Program-made: the position numbers and the translations under genes
The notes under the pieces: model-generated
What the model was told of the DNA's origin: nothing
What the model saw: the letters and a program-made list of their open reading frames with translations, nothing else
Database searches by the model: none
From: Octopus vulgaris
Lineage: Eukaryota
Length of the DNA stretch: 64,000 nt
Assembly: GCA_951406725.2 (NCBI GenBank)
Contig: OX597827.1
Span: 9,610,001-9,674,000, forward strand
Reading direction: 5' to 3'
In this document: in pieces, positions 1 to 12,846 of the stretch
Layout of the letters: each line of letters starts with the position of its first letter
Numbering within the stretch: position 1 is the stretch's first letter

Positions 1-82
1 TATATCCAAATGTTCGTTTCGTTGAAAAAAATATTAATTAAATCTGATTTTAAATTTATAAGAATGTTATTTTTTTACTGCA

Positions 83-350
83 ACTCAACCTTAATCAAGC
101 AAACCTATGATTAACTGCATTCTAGCCATGACCAAGTTTTCAAGTGTTGTGTACCCCGCAGGATGACATTATTCAATGAATTCCATTTATTTTCAACTAA
201 AAATTCTTCAAGCTGGTGCCCCAACATGGCTGCAGTCAAATGACTGAAACAAGTAAAAGATAAAAGATAACAGGTTGATTTCTGGGGTATTTAGCTGCTA
301 TTCCTTGCAGATAAAGTAACCACATAGAAAGCTATCTCGTTGGTTCTGTA
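83..350 (-). mobile_element. Decayed interspersed repeat (family E), with a family-C 3' tail fragment at ~214-270
   Basis: Shares the motifs 'gaaatagcagc(c/t)aaat' and 'catggctggaatg...tgatcatagg' (as reverse complement) with ~900-1180, 27110-27305, 41950-42185 and 43300-43470. Confidence 0.5.
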
Positions 351-625
351 TGAGAATGTAGATTACTGAATAATTTGTAGTATAGAGGATGAGCAGCTGA
401 GGAGCGAGTTATTTGTTATCTTACAACTTCCAGCCTTCAAATCTACCTTGTTTTGACTGGGTACCATGATGTGATTCACTACTGCAAGCTACTGCAAGCA
501 TAGTGGGAAGTATAAGAATTTTGTTACTTAATCATTTCTTGATGATATTTCTGATGAGTACACTACCAAAAGTATTTCAATTAATTTCCAGTATACTCTA
601 AATGCAAGCAGGTTTTAGTGAATAA

Positions 626-856
626 GGTGGCGAGCTGGCAGAAATGTTAGCACGCCGGGCGAAATGCGTAGCCGTATTTCGTCTGCTGTTACGTTCTGAG
701 TTCAAATTCCGCCGAGGTCGACTTTGCCTTTCATCCTTTCGAGGTGGATAAATTAAGTACCAGTTACGCACTGGGGTCGATGTAATCGACTTAATACCTA
801 TGTCTGTCCTTGTTTGTCCCCTCTGTGTTTAGCCCCTTGTGGGTCATAAAGAAATA
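626..856 (+). mobile_element. tRNA-derived SINE family A (Deu/Nin-domain-like), full length
   Basis: A-box-like GGCGAGCTGGCAG, B-box GAGTTCAAATTCC, central GCCTTTCATCCTTTCG.GGT.GATAAA..AAGTACCAG and 3' end AAAGAAATA. TSD aggt(t/c)ttagtgaat at 610-623 and 856-869. Confidence 0.9.
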
Positions 857-1827
857 GGTCTTAGTGAATTATTTGTAACTGTATATATTGGTCGTTGATG
901 CTGAGTCCAAGGTTAGCTGTTATATCAAGTATATTCCAACCATGACTACCTCATCTTTTTGTATACCAGGCAATGTAAAGTATATTACACGATATTTACT
1001 TTCTTATTGGGTTTCGAAGAAGGCCTGCAATGACCATGGACACAGTCCCTTACTCTAGAGTCAAGACCAAATCAAAAAGAAAAGAGGAAAGAAAGAAAGG
1101 GACATTAGGTGTGATTTGAGAAAGATTTAGCTGCTATTTCCTGCAGTGACAGTGACTGCATAGACACTCTGCCATTGGTTCATTTATAGTTTTGTACATT
1201 ATGCTGGTGTTGTGAGTGAAACATCATCATATCATTCATGTTATGAGATTTTGATCAAGACTTTTTTTTTTTTTTGTTTAAATAGGTTGCTATGAAATGG
1301 ATTAAAATGGTGACTTTTCATTCTTCCAAGATGAAAAGCTACTTGTAATAAAAGCAACGTCATGTTCAGTTTAAGAATTATCTCTCATCTGTTTATTACA
1401 CGGAACTTGGATATAAATACCAGCGCTACGGATTCTTAGGGTTACAGAGAAGAGTTAGTTTGCATTAAGTTGAATAGCATTTTAAGCATTGTTTAAGATT
1501 TCTCTGTAAGAGATATATAAGAAAAAATTGTGCAATGTAAGTCTTTCGATTCTTATTTGATAAAAAAAATAAAATGATAAAGAAAAATAATTAAAAGGTA
1601 AAAAAAAAAGATCGGCGGTGGTTGTGAAATTGCTGTAAGCCTTTGAGAACTAACTTCTTGTCATGACTTGTAGGTTCCTTTGAACACAGGGCAAATAAAA
1701 TTCTTGTCACTATTTTCCTAGTTTTCTTTATTGTGAACAAAAAAAAAATAAAGCCTTCAGTCTCTTCTTTAAACTGTTTGATACTTTTATTTTGGATGAT
1801 TCCCAACAAATAAAATAAAGTGTACAC

Positions 1828-1868
<41 letters not shown>

Positions 1869-2340
1869 CGCACACACACACATACACACACACAGGGGTA
1901 AAGCCTATCACTAAGATACAAAAGAATCTAAAAGAAAAATCCTACCATTCTTTGAAATTGTGGTTTTGGAGGCTCACCACAGCAGTGGAGGCCCTATTTG
2001 GATTATAATTAAGTACATTTACCTGTTCATGACAAGATTTCTAATGAAATCCACGGTCTATATGCCTCAACTCATGTTGGAAGTAATTAAGTATTTAGTG
2101 GGCTTCAGCAAAATTTCTAAACTTTTCATTATCAAGCTGGCATTTGGAATTATAACAGAAGTGTCCCTATAAAATTTTGATCAAAGGTTCTGATTTAAAC
2201 ATGATCCTATAAAAACAAAAAAAATCTTTTGCATCATAAAGAGATCTGCGGTGAAATAGCGTTGGTATCAAACAACTCAAGTGAAGAACAGTTCATTCGA
2301 AAAAGCGTTCTACCATCATTTTTCTATCTTTGTCTCATTT

Positions 2341-2723
2341 GGAAGCACTCCGTCGGTTACGACGACGAGGGTTCCGGTTGATCCGAATCAACGGAACAGC
2401 CTGCTCGTGAAATTAACGTGTAAGTGGCTGAGCACTCCACAGACACGTGTACCCTTAACGTAGTTCTCGGGGATATTCAGCGTGACACAGAGAGTGACAA
2501 GGCCGGCTCTTTGAAATACAGGTACAACAGAAACAGGAAGTAAGAGTGAGAGAAAGTTGTGGTGAAAGAGTACAGCAGGGATCACCACCATCCCCTACCG
2601 GAGCCTCGTGGAGCTTTAGGTGTTTTCACTCAATAAACACTCACAACGCCCGGTCTGGGAATCGAAACCGCGATCCTATGACCACGAGTTCGCTGCCCTA
2701 ACCACTGGGCCATTGCGCCTCCA
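2341..2723 (-). mobile_element. tRNA-derived SINE family B, tail type B1, full length
   Basis: Head GGAGGCGCAATGGCCCAGTGGTTAGGG...GGTTTCGATTCCC on the minus strand. TSD ttgtctcattt at 2330-2340 and 2725-2735. Near-identical to copies at 19086, 40598, 48345 and 57089. Confidence 0.9.
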
Positions 2724-2869
2724 CTTGTCTCATTTATACTTAGCTTGACAGCAAATGTTAAATAAAGTTTGTCTCTATATTTGTAAGATCTAATGATAGC
2801 TTGACCAAATACATTGAACATCCCAGAACAGGTTTGAACATTTTAATAAATCTTTTTCCGTTTATCTTT

Positions 2870-3206
2870 CTTCCACATTTAGTCGAACAAATCAGCCCCA
2901 GGACTTATTCTTTGCAAGCTAGTACTTATTCTATCGATCACTTTTGCCAAACCGCTAAGTTACAGGCACATAAACACACCAGCATCAGTGTCAACTGATG
3001 GTGAAGTGGACAAACACAGACACATGAATATACACATACATATATATATATACGACGGGCTTCTTTCAGTTTCCATCTACCAAATCCACTCACAAGGCTT
3101 TGGTTGGCCTGAGGTTATAGGAGAAGACACATGCTCAAGGTGCCACACAGTGGGACTGAACCTGAAACTGTGTGGTTGGGAAGCAAGCTTGCTACCACAC
3201 AGCCAC
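2870..3206 (-). mobile_element. SINE family C (internal microsatellite), lacking the 3' tail
   Basis: Matches the family C head (GTGGCTGTGTGGTA...GGTTCAGTCCCAC) and body on the minus strand. Confidence 0.8.
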
Positions 3207-3325
3207 TAAGAATATATATATATATATTTCTCTTCTCTTCTATATATATATATATATATTTCTTTTCTTCATATATATGTTTCTCTTCTCCAAGTAAGTT
3301 TTTATTTTTTATATATATATATATA

Positions 3326-3428
3326 TCATCACCATCATCATCATCGTTTAACATCCGCTTTCCATGCTAGCATGGGTTGGACAGTTCAACTGGGGTCTGG
3401 CAAGCCCGAAGGCTGCACCAGGCCAGTC
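3326..3428 (-). mobile_element. RTE-type 3' tail fragment (family D)
   Basis: catcatcatcgtttaac.tccgctttccatgctagcatgggttggac. The same motif occurs at 30021-30121 and 6487-6607, and resembles the LINE 3' end at ~58400-58450. Confidence 0.7.
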
Positions 3429-3627
3429 ATATATATATATATATATATTATAGGTATTAATATGTGTGTTTATATACATATGTACATACACACACACACA
3501 CACACACGTATATAGAGAGAGACTGAGAGAGAGAGAGAACAGGGGAGAGAGACATATGTACATACATACATGCATATATGCCTGCGTACATTTGTGTGTA
3601 TGTGTGTGAGAGAGACAGGGGGAGAGA

Positions 3628-3664
<37 letters not shown>

Positions 3665-4168
3665 GATGTGTTTGTCTTTATTACAAATCAATTAAAAGCC
3701 CAATACATTGAATTAGTTAGAGTAAAGCATCTAAACCAATTCCCAGCCTTTTAACACCACTACACAGATGCCACCAATCAGCTTCGGAGACAATACTTTT
3801 GTCCACACACTTAGCAAGACACTAACAAAGACAGAATGTTCGGTTCGGTTCGTGTCACTTTAGCGATAGGTGTGGTAGCCTAATCAACTTGTACAAATTA
3901 TTGATCTCAGATGTTCCAGTTGTAAAGGGTTCGGAAAAGAGAAAGAAAATAATATGAAAGGATTGTTCATTTTCTTGTGGTAGCACTTTAAATCTATGAA
4001 ATGCTCTTTTTCAAGTAGACCTTTTGTTCGGTGGTCATAAAACAAGACATCCTATATTCCCTGTCAGTTATATTTATGGATGACTACCCTTTAAAACAAA
4101 CATTTTATTGATAATTGAACCCTATTGTAACCTTACCAACAACAAAGAAATCACCAACAGTGAAAGCA

Positions 4169-4755
4169 TTATCATCGTCATCATCGTCGTCGTCGTCGTC
4201 GTCGTCGTCGTCATCATCGTCGTCGTCGTCATCATTATTATTGTTGTTGTTGTCAACGTCCCCATCACCCTCACCACCATTATCATCATTATCATTATCA
4301 ACATGTTATCATCTCCCTCGTCTCCATCATCATCAGCATTGTCATCATCGTCGGCGGTGTCGGCGTCGGCGTCATCATCGTCATCATCATCATCATCGTC
4401 GTCATCATCATCATTATCGTCGTTGTCATCATCATCATCGTCGTTGTTGTCGTCGTCATCATCATCATCATCATTCTCGTCGTCATTGTCATCATCATCA
4501 TCATCGTCGTCATCATCATCATTATCGTCGTTGTCATCATCATCATCCTCATTATCGTCGTCGTCGTCATCATCATCCTTCTCATAATTCATATGTCATG
4601 ACATGTTCTGCAATTGTCATTGCTGATAGCTCATCAACGTCATCATCCTTCTGATCACAATGACCAAAAGCATCATCCACCACAAGACCACCACCACCAC
4701 CACCATCATCATCACTATCCCCTTAACCCTCCTGCCCATCATCATCATCATCATC
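4169..4755. repeat. Compound (TCA/TCG/CAT/CAC)n trinucleotide tract with an internal block duplication
   Basis: Seen directly. It generates the poly-S/H/D/M ORFs. Confidence 0.9.
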
Positions 4756-4875
4756 AGAAACCTTGTCAATGGTTGTCGTCGTGCACTCATTGTCTTAGCA
4801 AATACTTTCACTAGTTAAACTAATACACACACACAGACACACACACACACTAACCTAACCTAACATGAACAAATG

Positions 4876-4917
<42 letters not shown>

Positions 4918-5435
4918 CCCTTATCTCTCTGTGATCCATTATATATATCCTCTCGCTCAGTTGTTACAGTGAATATACTTTATAAACAGATAACGGTTGC
5001 TATGGTATCAACATAAAAGCAACAAAAGAGCTGCCAACTGATATAAGCTGCTCCAATGGTTACATCAAAGTGTCTGATCTGTCATATAAATCATATCAAA
5101 ACTATCGTAATCAGAGCATGGTTGATATCATAGCCTGTGTATAAAAGTATATTAACCCCCGCTACACACTTAGCTATATCTTCTCCATACAGAAGGTTTC
5201 CCTGAGAAATTTTAATTAACCATATCAATGAATGTTTCTTAGTTGAAGTTTCTTATTCTTTCAAGTCTTCAAAGATCTGATAAGTCTGAGTATGGCTATG
5301 CTTTTCTGAAGAATACGCACACAGATATAGATATATATATGCATATAACTGCATGTATGTATATGTATATACATACACATGCATGCACACACATTCACTC
5401 ATACTCACACACATACACATACATACATGTGTCAA

Positions 5436-5725
5436 TATATATATATATGCTTATATGTGTGTATACAAATGCAAATGCTAACATTATATATACATATATA
5501 TGAAGTAGCATATACACACACACACTCATATATATATATATATATACATATTATATACATGCATATTATTATACATATATATATATGCTTATATGTGTGT
5601 ATACAAATGCAAATGCTAACGTTAAATATACATATATATGAAGTAGTATATACACACACACACACTCATACATATACATATATATATATATACATATTAC
5701 ATATTATATATATATGCATATTATT

Positions 5726-5768
<43 letters not shown>
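5436..5768. repeat. Tandem duplication of a ~140 bp microsatellite-rich unit, followed by (TA)n
   Basis: 'tatgcttatatgtgtgtatacaaatgcaaatgctaac...tgaagtag' occurs twice, at ~5446 and ~5584. Confidence 0.85.
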
Positions 5769-5769
<1 letters not shown>

Positions 5770-6156
5770 CTTATATCTTTCTATCTATATAAATGAAATG
5801 AAAAATGAACAAAGAGAAATAATGGAGTGGACACTGGTATATATTTGAACAACAAAGACAAATAAACCCATTTCAAACACTGTATAGGATAGATTCTTGT
5901 TTTATTGAAATTATCTCTGCTTGCAGAGAAGACACTAAGCTCACTTGGTGGCAGCTAGGACCAACTGCAAATGCAAAGGGAAGATAAGCTCCAGAATTGA
6001 GACTCCCCCAAAACAGAGTCACCATTAAGTGTATGATATTCTGTTAATCTGAAGACAGGAGGAGTGATGTATACATGAGTTTCTTCATCAATGAGCATCA
6101 TCAGCACAGTTGTTGCCCTTGTTTATCTCTGGTCATCACTGTCATTCTCATTCTGT

Positions 6157-6481
6157 GGCGGCACAATGGCCCAGTGGTTAAGGCAGCAGACTCGCAGTCG
6201 GCGGATCGTGGTTTCGATTCCCAGACTGGGCGTTGTGTGTGTGTTTATTGAGCGAAAACACCTAAAAGCTCCACGAGGCTCTGGCAGCGGGGGATGGGGG
6301 GTGATGGTGACCCCTGTTGTACTCTTTTGCCCCAACTTTCTCTCACTCTTTCTTCCTGTTTCTTGAGTAACGCTGCGATGGACTGGCATCCCTTCCAGCT
6401 GGATGGAACACATACGCCACAGAAACCCAGAAACCGGGCCCATAAGCCTAGCTAGGCTTGAAAAGGGTGCATAAATAAATA
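6157..6481 (+). mobile_element. SINE family B, tail type B2
   Basis: Family B head followed by GCTGCGATGGACTGGCATCCC...AGAAACC.GG, ending in (ATAA)n. Confidence 0.8.
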
Positions 6482-6837
6482 ATTTCTGTCATCCAACGTC
6501 TGTCTTACATGCTGTCATGGGTTGGACAGTTTGACAGGAGCTGGTAAACCAGAGAGCCGCATCAAGCTCCACTGTCTGTTTTGGCATGGCTTTTCTAGCT
6601 GGATGGCCACCAGTAGATCAAGACATTAGACATATACAAAAACAAGTGGAGCACATTTATGGCTGAAAGTAATTTGTATAGATGAGCTAAAAGAAATAGA
6701 GTTTCCAATGATATGTATAGGAATAACAATAATGAAGAAATGCTTATCATAAAGGTTGCAAATTTTGGCATAAAACCATCATTTTCAGCAGCAGGGGAAG
6801 TCGATCAGATTGACCCCTGTGTTCCACTGGTATTTGC

Positions 6838-8134
6838 CTCATACATAGGTATAAGTTTCAACCACCTATCAGCAGTAATGAAACAAATGGTTAACAACAT
6901 TAATAGCTGCGTCTCCAATTTATCTGCTGACAAAGACTAAAGCCACCTCACATTGTAATGCTGCATTAGAAAAGTCCAACTTCAAGAATAGTATATACTA
7001 CATTGAACCAAATACAAACAGACCAAGAAGATGCAGAGGAAAATCTTGTGGTTCAACCCACCTTATGGCATGAATGTAACAACTAATATTGCTAGGAAAT
7101 TCTTAAAACTAATAGACAACCACTTTCCATATTCACACAAATACCACATGATCTTCAACAGAAATACTGTTAAAGTTAGGTATAGTTGCCTCCCCAATAC
7201 AGGGTCAATAATGCTCACTCACAATAAACATAAACATATCAGAAACACTCCCAAAAGTCAATGCAACTGTAGATCCTCTAACTGCTGCCCTCTAAACAAC
7301 TGTCTCGAGAAAGAACTCGTATACAAAGCCAAGATCACAGACCTCAATGGAATAGTAAAGACATATATTGGAATGATGAGCAACTCATTCAAGGAAAGGT
7401 ATACACAACATCTGATGTCATTCAGAGACAATAAAACATGCAACATTTCTGTTAAATATGATATGGACATTGAAAGAATGTGGAATAAGCACCGCCCAGA
7501 TAGTATGGAAAATTATTGTGAAAGCCAAAATATACAGAGGACGGGTACCAAATCTAAACTCTGTATTACTGAAAGACTAAACATTATACAATCAATAGAT
7601 AGCATCATAAACATTAGGGATGAAACCTTCTCTCCCTGCATATGAAAGCAATATTTTACACTCAAATATTTCAAAGAAGAGCTCCTACCTGTGACAGTAA
7701 TCCCACCAGATTCCTAACTCCACACAAAGAAGAAATATGCCCTAATGACGAACTACCTCAGCACACAAGTACAAGATCACCATGCCCTGAACAAAAATAA
7801 AATAATGCAAACAAACTGACCACATAAACATTTGCTCAAAAGACAAATCGAAGGGATATAAACATCCAAAAGATGCCACCCAAGAGAAACATCCCTTGAT
7901 TCATTGATTCATTTTTTTTATTCACGTGAATTTATGAGAACTCCTATGAACTAAGCAAGACTGTTTTCCAAAACGGAGGCAAACAACTTTCTCCATGTGA
8001 GTGGCTTGAAAAATTAAGACACTAAGATATTCTCTACCTTTCTTAACATGAAACCAATGGTAGCCTTAATTCACAAATAAAAAATATAATTCCACCAATG
8101 CAGTGTTGACCACTCATTTTCATTGTTTGACTTA
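6838..8134 (+). mobile_element. Degenerate 5'-truncated Penelope-like retroelement: RT thumb, Cys-rich linker, C-terminal GIY-YIG endonuclease and 3' region
   Basis: Translations YIGISFNHLSAVMKQMV (like the SNHPP thumb motif), WFNPPY..NV.TN..FL.LID.HFP..IFNRNTVKV.YSC.PN, CNCR....CPL..C, LVYKA...TYIG..SFKERY..H. Stops and frameshifts are present, and the 3' end abuts (TA)n. Confidence 0.85.
7031..7645 (+). pseudogene. GIY-YIG endonuclease ORF remnant of the PLE
   Basis: 204-aa ORF with the VY...YIG motif and a putative catalytic R in FKERY. It has no native start and is disrupted upstream. Confidence 0.8.
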
Positions 8135-8150
8135 TATATATATATATATA

Positions 8151-8508
8151 TACTCTTTTACTCTTTTACTTGTTTCAGTCATTTGACTGCGGCCATGCTG
8201 GAGCACCGCCTTTAATCGAGCAACTCGACCCCGGGACTTATTCTTTTGTAAGCCCAGTACTTATTCTATTGGTCTCTTTTGCCGAACTGCTAAGTAACAG
8301 GGACATAAACACACCAGCATCGGTTGTCAAGCACACACAAACACACACATGCATTTATTCAGTTTCCGTCTACCAAATCCACTCACAAGGCTTGGTTGGC
8401 CCGTGGCTATAGTAGAAGGTACTTGCCCGAGGTGCCACGCAGTGGGACTGAACCCGGAACCATGTGGCTAGTAAATAAGCTACTTACCACGCAGCCACTC
8501 CTGCACCT
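8151..8508 (-). mobile_element. SINE family C, inserted in (TA)n
   Basis: Tail (TACTCTTT)2, body and head are present, and both flanks are (TA)n. Confidence 0.85.
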
Positions 8509-8529
8509 ATATATATATATTATAGATGG

Positions 8530-9300
8530 TATATAAAGATTTGACCAGAAATGCCTCCCCACATACTCATAATATGATGATCCTCACTCATGCCTGACAT
8601 TGAGGTTTTTCTGAAGTTAGAATCACATCAATTCAAGCCATGCTTATTAGGAACCAACTATGATGGGCTGGCCATCTCATCCATTTAGATTATGAGTGAA
8701 TCTCCAAGCAAACGCTTTAATGTGTTATGGTGAGCATACACAGAGAAAGAGAAAAGTTGTAAGTTGAAAAATGATAGAAATTAAATTTGAAATGTTTTAA
8801 ATAATGTTACAAAAATTTTAAATCACGTACAGTAGTTAGGGAAGTGTGGAGAGCTATGACTTGGAGCAGTGCTAAAGATTCTGAGCACGACTAAATTAAG
8901 CAGACTCCAATGAAAAGTCCACAAAAATGTGATTAATATCATTTTGAATGTTTCTTATTCTTTCTTTAAATGTTCCTCATGCCCAAAAGTTTGCATGTCT
9001 CATGCTGATATGAGATCATTCCAGTGTGTCCACACAAACAAGGCACGTACGAACTATTGGAATTTCATTCCACATAGCCAAATTCAGTACTACTTTTGTC
9101 AAAAAACTTGCAAGTCATGTGGAAGATTGAAGCAGCACTTAGACATTCATAATAAACAAGCAGAAAACGGAGCCAATTCTGAAATGAGACATTGCTGCAA
9201 GTATTTGTAATCAGCTCTTCAAACTGTCTTCAAGACTCAAAAGTCATTTAAGATTTCACACCAGGAATGAGAAATTATAGGTACAAGAAGCTTTGCAATG
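8530..9300 (+). mobile_element. Decayed RTE-clade LINE 3' part with three C2H2-like fingers
   Basis: SIQAMLIRNQL*WAGHLIHLD..*ISKQ at ~8628-8711 (RTE 'QLRWAGH..R...R.PKQ' motif), followed by three Cx2Cx12Hx3H-spaced motifs at ~8965-9259. Confidence 0.7.
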
Positions 9301-10186
9301 AACAGGCTGTCACATTATATATATATATATATATATATATGTGTATATATATATATACATACATACATATATATATATATAATGCCTTGTGAGTGGATTT
9401 GGTAGACGGAAACTGAAAGAAGCCTGTCGTATATATGTATATATATATATATTTATGAGTGTGTGTGTGTGCTTGTAATATATATATGTGTGTGTGTGTG
9501 TGTGTGTCTATGTATGTATGTATATATATATATATATATTTAAAGAGAGCAAGACAGAGTCAGAGAAATAGAGAGAGAAAGATAGACAGACTGACAGATA
9601 ACCAGACAATTTATATATGGAGGTGATACAAGTGACTTGTTATTTCTATTGTCGGATATTATATTTGAGACTTGATATATTAAAAGACGGTGATTCAACT
9701 TGTTAAGATATATGGATATGCATAACAGAGCTTCGCTATTTTTAATATGTTTTTCATTTTTCTCACTTTCTGTTTAATGTTCTAATTTGGAAGATTTAAA
9801 AATACTTACAGGAAAGTAGGCAAGAGATAAAAGGCTATATTTGCTAAACTATACATCAATAGCTGCATATAGACACACACAACTAACACTGAGATACAGA
9901 GATTCAAGACCTCATATAGAATCAAATATAGTTGTACATGGTTAATAAGAGCTCATAACATATACTAATGTGGACAACTAGAATAGAACTTTAGAGAGCT
10001 AAGTAGCACTACGTACTAATACAAACATATTTACACACAAATTGAAGCTCAATTAAACAGACATATATAGGCAGGCTTTTATGATCATTCAGAAATGTTC
10101 ATATGCGCACATACATAGCTCTTGTGTCTCTGAATATGTGTGTGTGTGTGTGTGTATGAGTCTATGTTTAAAGATATTTAACTTTA

Positions 10187-10221
<35 letters not shown>

Positions 10222-10232
10222 ATATATATATA

Positions 10233-10270
<38 letters not shown>

Positions 10271-10271
<1 letters not shown>

Positions 10272-10393
10272 CATTATATAAAAGGGCTTAGTAAAATAAA
10301 TTATTTGCCGCATACTGAACTCATTAGAAATAGCAGAAATGAGTTCAGTATGCGGCAAAGTAATTTATTTTACTAAGCCCTTTTATATAATGT
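10271..10393. repeat. Near-perfect inverted repeat with 55-56 bp arms and a 12 nt loop
   Basis: 10271-10325 is the reverse complement of 10338-10393 apart from one indel. Confidence 0.95.
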
Positions 10394-10484
10394 AATAATT
10401 TGAATTCGCCTTAAATGGTCCCTTTGCATACTGAACACTTGGTGAAATTGATTAATAATTAATTAATTTTACCCTCAATTGTTG

Positions 10485-10520
<36 letters not shown>

Positions 10521-10522
<2 letters not shown>

Positions 10523-10785
10523 AGGCGCCATGGCTCAGTGGTTAGGGCAGCGGACTCGCGGTCGTAGGATCGCGGTTTCGATTCCCAGACCGGGCGTTGT
10601 GAGTGTTTATTGAGCGAAAACGCCTAAAAGCTCCACGAGGGTCCGGCAGCGGGTGGTGGCGATCCCTGCTGCACTCTTTCACCACTCTTTCTTTTGTTTG
10701 AAGGCTAAACCAATGCGAAGCGCATTGTGACCAGCGATGTTTCACAACATCTGATAGCCTGGTCGGTCACGGTGATCACGGTGAT
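10521..10785 (+). mobile_element. SINE family B, tail type B3, inserted in (TA)n
   Basis: Family B head plus the tail ...caacatctgatagcctggtcggtcacg.tgat. Both flanks are (TA)n. Confidence 0.85.
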
Positions 10786-11330
10786 ATATATATATATGTA
10801 TATATATAATAATTATTATTTGAGGGAATAAAATCCAAACTTACAAGGAAAAAGAATTCAATTTAGAAATACTAAATCAAATTCCACACAATATAATATA
10901 TATAAAATATTAGAAAAAAACCACCTTTTATCAATTCAAAATTGATAATTAAATTACCCCATCAAGAAAATTACATATAATAGAAAAGCTAAAATTAAAA
11001 TAACAATTAAAAAGTAAAGATTAAGTAAATTACAAGAATAATATAATATATATAATATAATATAATGTATATAATAGGTAGAAAAACGTACTGTGTAGTT
11101 TCAGTCTACTAAATCCACTTACTATGGTAACTATAGTAGCTAATCTAAAGATATAGTAGAAGATCTTTGCCTGAGGTACCATGCAACAGTACTAAGCTCA
11201 GACCATAACCATATATTCGCAAAGTGAACTTCTTTATCACACTGCTATGCTGGTTTCTCTCTGTATATGTGTGTATATCTCTGTCTGTCTCTTTCTCTCT
11301 CTTCCCCTCTCTCTTTATATATATATATAT

Positions 11331-11623
11331 ATCACGTGACCGACCAGGCTATCAGATGTTGTTACACATTGCTGGTCACAATGCGTTCGCATTGTTTTAG
11401 CCTTTGAATGACGCCCCCCCCCCCGCTGGCTAAGCAAGCAGGCCAACAGAAGAAAGAGTGGGAGAAAGAGTGGTGAAAGAGTACAGCAGGGATCACCACT
11501 CCCTGCCGGAGCCTCGTGGAGCTTTTTTAGGTGTTTTCGCTCAATAAACACTCACAACGCCCGGTCTGGGAATCGAAACCGCGATCCTACGATCGAAACT
11601 GTGATCCTACCATTGCGCCTCCA
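11331..11623 (-). mobile_element. SINE family B, tail type B3 (head partly rearranged)
   Basis: Reverse-complement homolog of 10521-10785. Confidence 0.85.
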
Positions 11624-11646
11624 CACACACACATATATATATATAT

Positions 11647-11878
11647 CTTATCAAAATACATCTTCAAAATGTAATCACATGTGAATCATTGACAATTTTT
11701 TCTCTCCATCTTCCTTTTCTATAGGACTTTCCTCTGTCTCCTGTTACTGAAGAAGAGCTTTGCTCAAAATGTAAAAACCACCTTTCTTTCCTTCCCTGAG
11801 CCTCTGCTAATACTTTACATGTACCACAGACTCGCGTTGTTGTGTGTTTTGTGTTTGTTCTTCGTTTTTTAGGGATTT
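11647..11878 (+). mobile_element. PLE pseudo-LTR-like non-coding element in (TA)n, with a decayed hammerhead motif
   Basis: CTGAAGA-A-GAGC-TTT-GCTC-AAAA-TGTA at 11747-11773. The downstream sequence resembles the reverse complement of 58517-58650. Confidence 0.6.
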
Positions 11879-12129
11879 ATATATATATATATATATATAT
11901 AAATATAAGGCGGTGCTCCGGCATGGCCACAGTCAAATGACTGAAACAAGTAAAAGAGTAAAAGAGAGTATATGTATTGTGACAGAGGCAGTATTAATAC
12001 TTAACGATAATATTTATCCCCACTTAAACAAAAATGTTCTGTTAAAACAAACTATACTGTGTCAGATACCACGAGAAAGTCCACATTCAAGTGGATAAAT
12101 ATTACACCTCCCTCTCTCTCTCTCTCACT

Positions 12130-12181
<52 letters not shown>

Positions 12182-12191
12182 GTATATATCG

Positions 12192-12755
12192 ACAGTAATA
12201 CTTCACTTTACAGGGGCCTGATTTATGAGACTTGAGGTTTACAAGTTTCTAGGTTTATGAGTTTTACTTTTCAAGCACAAGATCCAAATTTTGAACGAAG
12301 TGCAAAAGTTTCTATTACCATAACAAATGCTTTTCTGTGCTATTGAGAAATTTATAGAGAGTGAAACAATGTTTCTTCTAAGCAAACAACTCTAGACTTG
12401 TTTTTTTAAAAATAACTCTACAAGTCCGTCTATGAGTGCTTATAAATCGGCAGTTAGGTCTACAAGTGATAGTGTGTGTGAGTCTAGTGTGAGTGAAAGT
12501 GATTCAGAAAATGATAATAATAATAGTATTTCTTATAATAAATGATCTTGACATTCTTTTTACTTAACGTAAAATATTCTTTACATTCCACTGTTGTTTT
12601 TTTTGCTATCTATTTACGAGTTATAGGTAAGATATTTTTTCTGGGAACGAATTACAATTTATAACATTGCTACTATAGGAAATTATTGCCCTGTTTTACG
12701 AGTTTTCACTTTACAAGTGGTCTGTGGTAGTAAATTAATTCATATATCGTGGCAT
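12192..12755. mobile_element. Decayed Tigger/pogo-like non-autonomous DNA element
   Basis: Begins CAGTAATAC.TC. Subterminal 'ctgggaacgaatta...aattaattcatatatcgtgg' resembles the right end of the 39876-41160 element. Confidence 0.5.
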
Positions 12756-12796
12756 ATATGTATGTGTGTGTGTCTGAATATATGTCTGAATATATG

Positions 12797-12846
<50 letters not shown>

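Noticed and set aside
4108-4814. Long poly-Ser/His/Asp ORFs
   Set aside because: They are open in several frames on both strands only because the sequence is a trinucleotide microsatellite. No domain or splice support.
9810-9862. Candidate minus-strand 53 nt exon (LLMYSLANIAFYLLPTF) bounded by CAG and GTAAGT
   Set aside because: Weak pyrimidine tract, no recognisable homology and no partner exons. It needs RNA-seq.
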